A DNA stretch of 64,000 nt from a virus: positions 1 through 64,000 of the IMG/VR virus record IMGVR_UViG_3300011116_000922; one strand, written 5' to 3'. The translations under genes and the position numbers were made by a program. Below the pieces are notes generated by a model. The model made no database searches, was not told where the DNA came from, and saw only the letters and a program-made list of their open reading frames with translations. This document shows positions 9,062 to 18,587 of this stretch, piece by piece (the first letter of the stretch is position 1; every line of letters begins with the position of its first letter).

Positions 9062-10147
9062 ATGCCTTATGGAGAATATCCAAACTGGAAAGTTCCACCC
9101 GAAGCGGACATTGTTAAGCGTAAAGAGCAAGACGGTAAGGTTTTGCTTTTTACCAAAAAAGAGAGTTTCTTTGAAACTGGTGAGCCAACGTACTTCGATC
9201 TAACAACCTCAAAGTACAAAGGCATAAACTCCATAATTGAAAAGAGAATAAATCCGGCATCCACGCCAGAGGCTCCTCCACCGTCCCCCGATCCGGCACC
9301 ACCTCCACCGCCTCCTGCTACTCCTGCTCCTGTTGTGGTACAACCACAACAAACCGATGCTCCCCCTGAGTGCCCCTGTGGAGCAAAACTTTCCGAAGAG
9401 GAAAAAAACGCTGTCAACTGGGGTCGTAGCAATCCAGTATTTCAGAACCCCATGTTGGATCGCATCAGCAATGCCCAAGGCAAGTTTGCTGACGCAAAAG
9501 CAAAAGCCGATGGTGCGATTGGAATTCTTGGTGCGCTTGGTGGAAACACTAGCCAATTATCAACCCTGTCCAACCGAATTGGAAACATGCAGGGCATATT
9601 GTCCAATTACCAAAACGAATCCAATCGGCTTTCGGGCTTGCCGTTCATTGGAGATGGTCCTGATCTGCTGTCTCTTGTCAGCACTGTGGGAGCAGCGGTA
9701 AATTTTCAGTGTGCGCTAGGAATTGAGGGTTTGGATGTGGGACTTGGTATTGGATTGATGATGGAGGATGGAAAACTCAAACTCAATGTAGCCGTGAATG
9801 TTCACGCAAAACTAGACAAGATCCTGAGCGGACTAGGTGGAACCGATCCAACCATGTTGGACAACTTGCTAGGAGAGATAAACAAAATAACAAATGAACT
9901 GGACGCGATTGCGGGAGAAATCAATGGTGCGTTGGATGCGGTGAGCAAACTGTACGATGACGCACTAAACTTCCTAGCGCAGTTCACGAACATCAATTTT
10001 GCAATCAATTTCTCAAACGATCCCTGCACCAAGTTTGGAATCCAATTCCAACAGGGCATTCTGAATCCCGCGTTTGTGGATCAGGCTCGGGCAGCCAATC
10101 CACTTAACCGAGCAGCAAACCCCGGATTTGGGAGTTCATTCCGATGA
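9062..10147 (+). CDS. Hypothetical protein with poly-proline linker and helical C-terminal part
   Basis: 361-aa ORF with AGGA upstream; EAPPPSPDPAPPPPPPATPAP linker. Confidence 0.75.
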   Translation: MPYGEYPNWKVPPEADIVKRKEQDGKVLLFTKKESFFETGEPTYFDLTTSKYKGINSIIEKRINPASTPEAPPPSPDPAPPPPPPATPAPVVVQPQQTDAPPECPCGAKLSEEEKNAVNWGRSNPVFQNPMLDRISNAQGKFADAKAKADGAIGILGALGGNTSQLSTLSNRIGNMQGILSNYQNESNRLSGLPFIGDGPDLLSLVSTVGAAVNFQCALGIEGLDVGLGIGLMMEDGKLKLNVAVNVHAKLDKILSGLGGTDPTMLDNLLGEINKITNELDAIAGEINGALDAVSKLYDDALNFLAQFTNINFAINFSNDPCTKFGIQFQQGILNPAFVDQARAANPLNRAANPGFGSSFR

Positions 10148-10821
10148 TGCTAGGAGAAGCGGGAAGTATGACTTCAAACTTGTCGGTTCTCAAGGACGCT
10201 ATATTTCATTTTGGCGAATTTGCAGGCGTGCTAGTATTCGGAATGGGGCTTGGAATCATTTCTATAATTAGAAAAAATAAAGTTTCTCTGAAGTGGGATC
10301 CCAAGAAAGAATCGTCCCAACTGCAAGCGCATTCGCGTGTGCATGAAACCCTGACTGAATTGCGAGTAACGGTACGCGCATCACGGGCACTAATATTTCA
10401 ATATCACAACGGTGGCAAGTTTTCTGATGGCACTTCCATCAAGCGATTCTCCATTACCCACGAATCGTGTGCCAACGGCGTAATCGGTATGATGTTGGAG
10501 TCGCAAGATGTGTTGCTTACCCGATATATCGAACTCATCGGAATAATCGAAGATCGCCCAAACGAAATCATCAGGGTATCGACTTTGCCGGAATGTACGC
10601 TCCGTTCGGTATTGGAGATAAATAATGTAGTATATTTTTCCATTGGAGCGGTGAAGTGTGTGGACTCCTTGACCCCGATGGGGTTTGTTTGCTGCCACTG
10701 GTGCGATGTTGGCGAACTGGATGAACTTCACGAAGAAGGATTTGATGACGGCTCGTTGTCGGATGTAATCAAGAACAGCATTTACACAATCAACAACCAA
10801 CTGATTCACGCCCAAAAGTAA
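10144..10821 (+). CDS. Single-TM protein with GAF-like domain (possible holin-like protein)
   Basis: Hydrophobic FAGVLVFGMGLGIISII followed by RK; then ASRALIFQYHNGG..., GFVCCHW, a GAF-like pattern. Confidence 0.55.
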   Translation: MMLGEAGSMTSNLSVLKDAIFHFGEFAGVLVFGMGLGIISIIRKNKVSLKWDPKKESSQLQAHSRVHETLTELRVTVRASRALIFQYHNGGKFSDGTSIKRFSITHESCANGVIGMMLESQDVLLTRYIELIGIIEDRPNEIIRVSTLPECTLRSVLEINNVVYFSIGAVKCVDSLTPMGFVCCHWCDVGELDELHEEGFDDGSLSDVIKNSIYTINNQLIHAQK

Positions 10822-10822
10822 A

Positions 10823-11248
10823 ATGGCATACTACCTTAATTCAAATCAGCCCAACAAAACTACTCAAGACCCATCGTATGTGGATCTTGACGCGGACATG
10901 ATTTTGAATCCCAAGACCAATGATTTGTTGACAACACAGAACACCCGAGCAGTTCGCCGTTCCATAATGAACCTGCTGTCTACCGCATACGGCGAACGCT
11001 TGTTTCAACCAAACATTGGCGCGTCCCTTCGGGCACTGTTGTTTGAACCAATTGATCCTGTTAGTACATTTGAAATGAAGGATCGCATCATTAACACCCT
11101 TCGAAACCACGAACCCCGAATCAGCAGTTTGCGGGTTGATGTGTTTGCGAAGCCTGATGAAAATTCGTATGTCGTGAACATAGAGTTTGCATTGCGTGCC
11201 ACCGGAGAAAAAGACAAGGTAACTACCGTACTAGAGAGGATTCGCTGA
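10823..11248 (+). CDS. gp25: Baseplate wedge subunit gp25
   Basis: AVRRSIMNL, GERLFQP.IG, LLFEP, EPRI, LERIR. Confidence 0.93.
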   Translation: MAYYLNSNQPNKTTQDPSYVDLDADMILNPKTNDLLTTQNTRAVRRSIMNLLSTAYGERLFQPNIGASLRALLFEPIDPVSTFEMKDRIINTLRNHEPRISSLRVDVFAKPDENSYVVNIEFALRATGEKDKVTTVLERIR

Positions 11249-13113
11249 TGGCACAGAACAATGCCGTAAATGTGGTTGGTCTAGACTTTGAGGACATTAA
11301 AGCCTCGCTGAAGACCTATCTTCAGTCCCAATCCACACTCAAGGACTACAACTTTGATGGGTCGGTTCTCAACACCATTTTGGATGTGTTGGCATACAAC
11401 ACGCACTACCAAGCGTTTTATTCCAACATGGTTGCGAACGAAATGTTCTTGGACAGTTCGTTGCTGCGCCCATCGGTTGTTTCTCATGCCAAGCAGTTGA
11501 ATTATGTTCCGTCTTCCACTACCTGTTCCAAGGCAGTGGTTGATGTTGTGTTGACCTCGCCTGCTTCCTCGGACACTTACCTGTCTCGCGGCACGGAATT
11601 CAGCGGAACAAATCCCGCAGGAACTCGGTACAAGTTTGTCAATCTAGAAACCGTGTACGCAAACGCGGGTGCTACTGCATTCAATTCGGTGACGCTTTGC
11701 GAAGGCACACTTCGCCGCATTACCTACATCTACAACCGCGATACCCGGATTGGTTCGTATTTGATTGTTCCCAACAACAAAGCGGACATGGGAACCCTCA
11801 TGGTTCGTGTGTATAAGTCGGTGACCGACACAAGCGGAATCACCGATGTGTGGACTAATGGCGAAGACTATTTGACCGTTGACTCCACTTCGCAGGTGTA
11901 TTTCCTGCAAGAAAAAGATGCTGGCATCTACGAACTGTATTTCGGTGACGGCATCTTGGGCGCACAGCCCGAATCGGGCAATGTTGTGATGATTGAGTAT
12001 TTGGAAACCAATGGTTCGGATGCGAATGGCGTTAATGCATTCACCAAAAGCGATCCCGCAATCAATTACATCCAGTTCCACAATGATGCAGATACAACAA
12101 ATTCGGTTTCCTATGGCGGATCGGATTTGGAAGACATTACGCAGATCAAGTATCACGCTCCCAAGTTCTATCAAACCGGAAACCGAGCAGTCACCGAAAA
12201 CGACTATGCCGCACTGGTTTTCAAGAAGTATCCCAATGTATCATCGGTAAATGTGTACGGCGGCGAAACCGTGGTTCCCCCGCAATACGGCACGGTGTTT
12301 ATTGCGGTGAAGCCAAAGTCTGGTGGTGTGCTGACCAACAGCGAAAAGGTTTCGCTGGAACAGGACATTCGCAAGAACAATTCCGTGATTACTATTACGC
12401 CAAAGGTTGTGGATCCCGAGTACACAGACCTTATTTTCGACACCACCGTGACATACAATCCCAACGCTCTTTCTGTGAGTTCGGGAGTACTACAGACACT
12501 GGTGATTTCCTACCTGTTTGCGTACTCACGCACCAAACTAGAGCAGTTTGGGCAGGACTTCTACTATTCGCAAATGCTTCAGGGCTTGAACGGAATCCAC
12601 AAATCCATTCTTGGTGTGTACAGCAAAATCAAGATGCGTAAGATCGTGGATGCTGCGATTGTTCTCAAGAACAAGAGCCACGAATTTGATTTCAAGAATC
12701 CGTTCTACCATCCCCACGACGGACACTCTTCCGTAATCGCTTCCAACATATTTTCCCATTTGGACTCCGTGGGTGTTCTCCGCACCGACTGCACCCTGCA
12801 AGACGATGGATCGGGAACAGTTAATATTGTTCGCCCCGATCCCAACTCCGCAGGGGACTATCTAACGGTATATCCCTCTGTTGGAACCGTGGATTACACA
12901 AACGGAATTGTTCGGTTGAATTCCAAGTTTGTACCGGATACCACAACCACCGGAACCAGTGCATTCCCCATAATCATTACGGTTGAACCGGATATCACCA
13001 ACATCTACGCGAACGAATATCAAATCCTGCGTATCAATCCCATATACACCGATTCTGTGGCAGTCACGATGCGAACCGAGACATCAGCCGCAGCAATGAA
13101 CTCACTAAAGTAA
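11248..13113 (+). CDS. gp6: Baseplate wedge subunit gp6
   Basis: LDFEDIK, DYNFDGS, LAYNTHY, ANEMFLDS, FGDGILG, RAVT..DY, GTVDY.NG. Confidence 0.95.
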   Translation: MAQNNAVNVVGLDFEDIKASLKTYLQSQSTLKDYNFDGSVLNTILDVLAYNTHYQAFYSNMVANEMFLDSSLLRPSVVSHAKQLNYVPSSTTCSKAVVDVVLTSPASSDTYLSRGTEFSGTNPAGTRYKFVNLETVYANAGATAFNSVTLCEGTLRRITYIYNRDTRIGSYLIVPNNKADMGTLMVRVYKSVTDTSGITDVWTNGEDYLTVDSTSQVYFLQEKDAGIYELYFGDGILGAQPESGNVVMIEYLETNGSDANGVNAFTKSDPAINYIQFHNDADTTNSVSYGGSDLEDITQIKYHAPKFYQTGNRAVTENDYAALVFKKYPNVSSVNVYGGETVVPPQYGTVFIAVKPKSGGVLTNSEKVSLEQDIRKNNSVITITPKVVDPEYTDLIFDTTVTYNPNALSVSSGVLQTLVISYLFAYSRTKLEQFGQDFYYSQMLQGLNGIHKSILGVYSKIKMRKIVDAAIVLKNKSHEFDFKNPFYHPHDGHSSVIASNIFSHLDSVGVLRTDCTLQDDGSGTVNIVRPDPNSAGDYLTVYPSVGTVDYTNGIVRLNSKFVPDTTTTGTSAFPIIITVEPDITNIYANEYQILRINPIYTDSVAVTMRTETSAAAMNSLK

Positions 13114-13116
13114 AAA

Positions 13117-16100
13117 ATGCCCGACATCAAGTCTATAGTACTCGGCACCCCCGCAGAAGCACTGGAAGATGTTCTTTCGCCCTTTATCGAAGAGCAGTTT
13201 CCGTCCTTTATGCGTAGTGATTACAGAAAACTCATTCTGTTTATCAAGGCATATTACGAGTGGGCGGAAACACAGAACAATCCCAGTTTCGTAAACCAAA
13301 AAGTCGGTAGCATTCGGGATGTGGACAACAGCCTTGAGCAGTTCTACACCCATTTCAAGAATATGTACTTGGACGGTTTTCCTGAGCAATTGGCAATCAA
13401 TATTGACGGAAATCAGCCCAACAAGCGCACCCTCATAAAGAAGATCAAGAACTTCTACGGAAACAAGGGCACGGAAAGCGCGTATCGTTTCTTGTTCCGT
13501 GTGCTGTTTGACAGTGATGTTGAATTCTACATTCCCAAGAATTTCATTCTACGAGCATCTGATGGGCAGTGGGTGGAAGAGATTTCCGTCAAGATTACTA
13601 GGAACAACGAGGACAAGCACCAGTATCTTTTGGGCGGAACCGTTGAACAATATAATGGATTGACCCTGCTTGGAGCAGCAAACATTGATCGTGTGTTCAA
13701 ATACTATCAAGACGGTGTTCCTGTAACCGAATTGTTCCTGACCAATCTGGTAGGAAACTTTATTCCCAATGCCATACTCATTCTTAATCCACAAGAAGAC
13801 AGCGGACAGGATTCGTTTACCGAAACCGCGTTTAGCGTTCTTGGCGAATTCTTTGTGCAGACACCGGGTGAAAACTACCGCGTTGGCGATACTGTATATG
13901 TCACCACGGGTGGTGTTGGATTCTCTGCCAAGGTTGAGCAGACAGGTTTGGCAGGAGCAGTAAAGCGCATCAGAATTGAAAACTCGGGTGTAAACTATTT
14001 CAGCAGTGTTACTGCTGTGGTTGTGAGTCCAAACGGAAGCAACAACACCGCGAAAATTCTGCTTACCCCGAGCGCGATTACGCGATATCCCGGTTACTAC
14101 AAGGGAAACCGTGGTAAAGTATCGTCCACTCAAAAACTATACGATGGTGACCTGTATCAAGAGTTTTCGTATCAGTTGAAGTCCGCAGTAAGCATTGACA
14201 AGTATTATTCTGTGCTGCGCCACTTGATTCATCCGGCAGGCATGAAGATGTTTGGCTCTATCCTGTTGGAAAATACTGTTGAGTCTCCTTCAAGTGGCTC
14301 ATCTCAACTTACCCGTGTTGGTATTCCTGTTCTTGGGAACTATACCCCGTATACACTAGGAACCACTTTCGATCTTCGTGCAAATGGTGTCACTGCTGCG
14401 GGTTCTTGGGTGTTTCAAGAGTACGGAATCACATACGGAACAACGGGCGATCTGTATCCGTTGGGATACAATCCGTATATTGAATCTGCGGGGTTCACTG
14501 GGCCAAACGGAAGAACTGCTCCGATTGGAACCTTGTTCAGACAGGGAGGAAGCGGTGGCGGAAATACTGGTTTGGGATACACATATTGCTATGTGCCCGA
14601 AAGCGGAAAAACCGCTCACCGTCCATTGGGCGCACCACTGGGCGGATTCACTGCTTGGTCTTTGTGGTACGAATCAAAACTTACACCTGATATGGTGGGA
14701 TATTCACCCGTGGGTATTGTTGGCTTGACTCTTTGGCTAAAGCCCGAAAACATTGGCGTGTGCGGCGGAACCATGATAACAGGTCGAAGCATGGACATTT
14801 GGCGCGATGCTTCGGGTTCCGGCAACCACGCTTTGCCGCCCAAGTGGGATATGTGGAATGCCACTTATGCGGGAATCACTGTTGACAAACTGCGACCCAC
14901 CCTGATTGTGCGAGATCGCGGTGTGACAGGCTGCACAGGCATTCAATTTAATGGTGGCGTGATTTATGGTCCGCACACCGTTTGGCTGCAAGCGGGAACA
15001 TGCGGTGGATATGCCACCGGAAAAACCCTTGGCGCAATATCTTCGGTTATTCCTTTTGCTCCGGGAAATACCGGAGAAAAGATTCTGTCCGGTCAGTTTT
15101 TCTCGTTGACCAATGGACTCACTCTCACCAAAGACATGACAGCGTTCATTGTTTTCCGCGCAGGAGTTACTGCCACAGGAAGCACAGCAGCGGGATACAC
15201 GGGTTCTAACTACGGACTAGGCTTAGTTTCATCCGCAAAGAAGTTCTTGGATTTCAGTCCCGCAACAGGAACAGGATTCACTTTCACGGGAACCGAAACC
15301 GATCACGCATTCTATCACCGTTCGTATTACGATGTGGATATTGACGCAACCAAGCAAACCACATCCTATTATTTTGCAAATGCAACCTCAACAGAATCCC
15401 TGTATCCATACGATACGGGATTGGTGGGGTTCCGTAGCAATGTTGGTAGCACAGGTGCGCTACGCATGGCATACGATCCGTATACATCGACCCTGACGGG
15501 AATTACTGCTGAAAATATCTCTATCGGGGAATGGCGACGCGAAACCGATTCGCGCATTCGCACATTCTATTCGGGCGACGAATCCAAGAATCTGTCCATT
15601 ATCACTGCTCGTAGAATTGCCCGTGCCACAAGTCCGGGCGGATCAAGTATCAACAATATTGCGGCATCGGAATCCGCTTATAATTCGGAAACCATTTCCC
15701 TTGGACGATTTGGTGCGTACTGCTTGCCTGTTCTTGATTGCCCGTATGGTGTAACCCACGCCAATTTTGTGAACTACGCACTTGCAAATCCATCGTATTC
15801 TTTCAAGGGCGTTATTTACGAAGTGGTGGTATATGACCGAGTGCTGACTGAAAGTGAGCGGCAAACGGTATACGGCTACCTGTCCAGAAAATACAATTTG
15901 GATCCTGTGATGCCGTTGAGTTACGCAACTTCGCACCCTAGCGCAACGCTTTTGGGTTATTCGTACTGGGATATTTCCAAACATCCCAGTACGGCGGGAA
16001 GTGCAAAGATACTTGCAGGCACATCATTTGGAAACATTACCATTAAGGATTTCTTGAGCCTATACGGTGTTATTTACAGATCAGCAGGCACTCGTCTATC

Positions 16101-16149
16101 TGACGGAACTGTATTGACCCAAGATACATATACGGTACTGGGAGAATAA
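13117..16149 (+). CDS. gp7: Baseplate wedge initiator gp7-like with C-terminal LamG/ConA-like region
   Basis: IEEQFP.F, FIKAYYEW, FYGNKGT, YQEFSYQLKS, HPAGMKMFG; C-terminal LWL, W.D.SG.GNHA, FKGVIYEVVVYDRVLT..ERQTV.GYL..KY. Confidence 0.8.
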   Translation: MPDIKSIVLGTPAEALEDVLSPFIEEQFPSFMRSDYRKLILFIKAYYEWAETQNNPSFVNQKVGSIRDVDNSLEQFYTHFKNMYLDGFPEQLAINIDGNQPNKRTLIKKIKNFYGNKGTESAYRFLFRVLFDSDVEFYIPKNFILRASDGQWVEEISVKITRNNEDKHQYLLGGTVEQYNGLTLLGAANIDRVFKYYQDGVPVTELFLTNLVGNFIPNAILILNPQEDSGQDSFTETAFSVLGEFFVQTPGENYRVGDTVYVTTGGVGFSAKVEQTGLAGAVKRIRIENSGVNYFSSVTAVVVSPNGSNNTAKILLTPSAITRYPGYYKGNRGKVSSTQKLYDGDLYQEFSYQLKSAVSIDKYYSVLRHLIHPAGMKMFGSILLENTVESPSSGSSQLTRVGIPVLGNYTPYTLGTTFDLRANGVTAAGSWVFQEYGITYGTTGDLYPLGYNPYIESAGFTGPNGRTAPIGTLFRQGGSGGGNTGLGYTYCYVPESGKTAHRPLGAPLGGFTAWSLWYESKLTPDMVGYSPVGIVGLTLWLKPENIGVCGGTMITGRSMDIWRDASGSGNHALPPKWDMWNATYAGITVDKLRPTLIVRDRGVTGCTGIQFNGGVIYGPHTVWLQAGTCGGYATGKTLGAISSVIPFAPGNTGEKILSGQFFSLTNGLTLTKDMTAFIVFRAGVTATGSTAAGYTGSNYGLGLVSSAKKFLDFSPATGTGFTFTGTETDHAFYHRSYYDVDIDATKQTTSYYFANATSTESLYPYDTGLVGFRSNVGSTGALRMAYDPYTSTLTGITAENISIGEWRRETDSRIRTFYSGDESKNLSIITARRIARATSPGGSSINNIAASESAYNSETISLGRFGAYCLPVLDCPYGVTHANFVNYALANPSYSFKGVIYEVVVYDRVLTESERQTVYGYLSRKYNLDPVMPLSYATSHPSATLLGYSYWDISKHPSTAGSAKILAGTSFGNITIKDFLSLYGVIYRSAGTRLSDGTVLTQDTYTVLGE

Positions 16150-16154
16150 GGCAA

Positions 16155-18578
16155 ATGCCACTACTACTAAAAACGTCCATCAAGAGAACATACGCAGAAA
16201 ATCTGCTTAACGATGTTGCGTTGAATCGTGGTCAGTATTTCTTGTTTGTGGCAAAATCCACGCCTTGGGATGCCACAGCAGGCGTGAGTGCCGATATTAT
16301 TCCGGTGACTCCTCCAGATACGGTTGAGGAAGAATACAACATCATGCGTAGTGTGATCGGGTACAAAAAACTGGATCCAAGCAAGATCGTGTTTGCTCTA
16401 CCGCGAGTTCCTTGGGAAATTACCACTTACGATGCCTACGAAGACGATCAAGCCCTTTTTGATGTTGATGCACCCAAGAATTTCTATGTGGTGTCTTCTG
16501 CCAACAACATCTACAAGTGCTTGAAGGCGGGAAGCGGAAACTCAACCATTGAGCCTTCTCACACAAGCACAACGGCACTGGAATACAATGACGGGTATAC
16601 ATGGAAGTATCTTGCAACCGTAAAGGAGTCCCTGCTCCCGTATGAACTCACGGATTATGTTCCGGTAACATACGCGTTAGTTCAGCAGGATACGCTTGGA
16701 ACAGACAGCGAATCCACCACCCAATTCAACGCTCAAAAGTCGGCAGTTAACGGGCAAATCAGTCGTCTTGATCTAACCGATACAGGCGGTGTTTCGGCTG
16801 CAACCTATTACGGCAGCGAATACGGGGCGCGATTTGCTGTTGGTGCAACCGGAAGCACCGCTGCTACCAATGTATCTTTTGGAGTGGGTGATTATTTCAC
16901 CATTACTTCAAGTACAAACACTAATGCTTTCAGTTTGCCCGTAAGTGATATTTCGAATTATGTGGGTTATGTGCTGCGTGTTGTTGGTGTTTCCGGCGGA
17001 AATCCATCGGATGTCAACAACTACGGAATTATCCACGGCGTAACTGCTAATTCCAATCAGTACACATTCACTGTTCGTGGAGAACACGAACCGTTTACTT
17101 TCACCTTTACTGGTGGAGCGAATTCTGTGTATTACGACATTATCCCATATGCCCGAATCAGTGGTGATGGCAGTGGGGCATATGGCTTCGTCACTACAGG
17201 CAAAACCGGGGCATCCGATTGGCGCAAGATTAACGGCATCAATCTGATTGACGGCGGTATGGACTACAGCCAAGCATCGGTTCAGGTTGTGAGTGCAAAA
17301 GCAGACGGCACATCTGGAAATACCGTGCATCCAACAATGAAAGCAGTGATTTCTCCAAAAGGTGGACACGCTTCCAACATCCTGAAAGAATTGAATGTTC
17401 AGGATGTGATTATGGTTGCCACCATTGACAGCAACGACGAAGCCATTATTTCCACGGGTGGAAGTTATCGTAAGTTTGGAATAATCCGCAACCCCATCGT
17501 GAACGACAACAGCGATGTGGTGGCAGGATCTCAATCTCCATACTACCGAGACTTGGTGCTTCAGTATTTGGGAGCCAGTTACAACAGCCTAGTAGGATTT
17601 CAAAACGCATATTTTGATGGCAGCGCAAGCAATTTCATTGTGGGCAAGGAATCGTATGCCACATTCCCGGTGGTTGCTGCAACGGTGTACAACACCACCA
17701 CAGCAGGGGAAAAGCGCGTACAGGTTCAGGTCAAGAATTCTGCTTCCCAACCCATCACATGGCTTGACCGCTTGCAGTACTACGACCTGTCGCTGTCTCC
17801 GTCAAAGAGCGGATTCCTGACAGGCGAAAAGGTGACACAAAATATTCCTGCCGGAATTTCCATTGGCGCACTAGGTGGAATCACCTATGCCTTCGGAATT
17901 AGTGCTGAAGGCACTATTGTAAGCGCAACCAATTCACTGTTGAGTGTTCGTGTCACAAAGAACGCATTTGTGAGCGGAACATCAAACACTTTGCAGATCA
18001 CCGGATACAACAGCGGAGTCACGGCTACTGTTGCGGGTGTCAGCCTGTCGTATGGGGAAAAGGTATATGTGAATCGTGGCTTTTCGTTGGCAACAGAAGC
18101 AGGACAGACACGGGAATTCTTCAAAATCATTAGCGCAAGCGTTCCGTACTTTGCTGCCGCAACAGTTCCGTCTTACAGCGGATTGACCGTTCTTCGAATG
18201 ACCAAACCAACCGGACTTGCGAATTTTACCGACACCACATGGCAAAACGGCGATTTTGTGCAACAGGGAGTCAGCGGATCGTATCTTTACGATTACGCTT
18301 CCGGCACGGTTTACAAGTGGTCACGAATAGATTTGTCCAATGGTTTGTTGTACATAAGTGAACCATTTGCAAATTTCAAATATGTTGCTGTAAATGGTGC
18401 GACTCTATCACGATTGAACACTGCGGGAGGAGTAGTGAATCAAGGCTACTCTGTGGCAGGCATTTCGGCTCCGGGCATCGACATTCATTCCGGGGAAATC
18501 ATATACATAAACAGTATCCAACCCATTCAGCGGTTGCCCAACCAAAGTGAAGAATTTAGATTACGAGTAGGATTCTAA
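16155..18578 (+). CDS. gp8: Baseplate wedge subunit gp8-like, extended
   Basis: FYVV, IYKCL, EPSH, DGYTWKYL, ISPKGGH, YRKFGIIRNP, SGEIIYIN..PIQR. Confidence 0.85.
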   Translation: MPLLLKTSIKRTYAENLLNDVALNRGQYFLFVAKSTPWDATAGVSADIIPVTPPDTVEEEYNIMRSVIGYKKLDPSKIVFALPRVPWEITTYDAYEDDQALFDVDAPKNFYVVSSANNIYKCLKAGSGNSTIEPSHTSTTALEYNDGYTWKYLATVKESLLPYELTDYVPVTYALVQQDTLGTDSESTTQFNAQKSAVNGQISRLDLTDTGGVSAATYYGSEYGARFAVGATGSTAATNVSFGVGDYFTITSSTNTNAFSLPVSDISNYVGYVLRVVGVSGGNPSDVNNYGIIHGVTANSNQYTFTVRGEHEPFTFTFTGGANSVYYDIIPYARISGDGSGAYGFVTTGKTGASDWRKINGINLIDGGMDYSQASVQVVSAKADGTSGNTVHPTMKAVISPKGGHASNILKELNVQDVIMVATIDSNDEAIISTGGSYRKFGIIRNPIVNDNSDVVAGSQSPYYRDLVLQYLGASYNSLVGFQNAYFDGSASNFIVGKESYATFPVVAATVYNTTTAGEKRVQVQVKNSASQPITWLDRLQYYDLSLSPSKSGFLTGEKVTQNIPAGISIGALGGITYAFGISAEGTIVSATNSLLSVRVTKNAFVSGTSNTLQITGYNSGVTATVAGVSLSYGEKVYVNRGFSLATEAGQTREFFKIISASVPYFAAATVPSYSGLTVLRMTKPTGLANFTDTTWQNGDFVQQGVSGSYLYDYASGTVYKWSRIDLSNGLLYISEPFANFKYVAVNGATLSRLNTAGGVVNQGYSVAGISAPGIDIHSGEIIYINSIQPIQRLPNQSEEFRLRVGF

Positions 18579-18587
18579 GAGGTAAAA

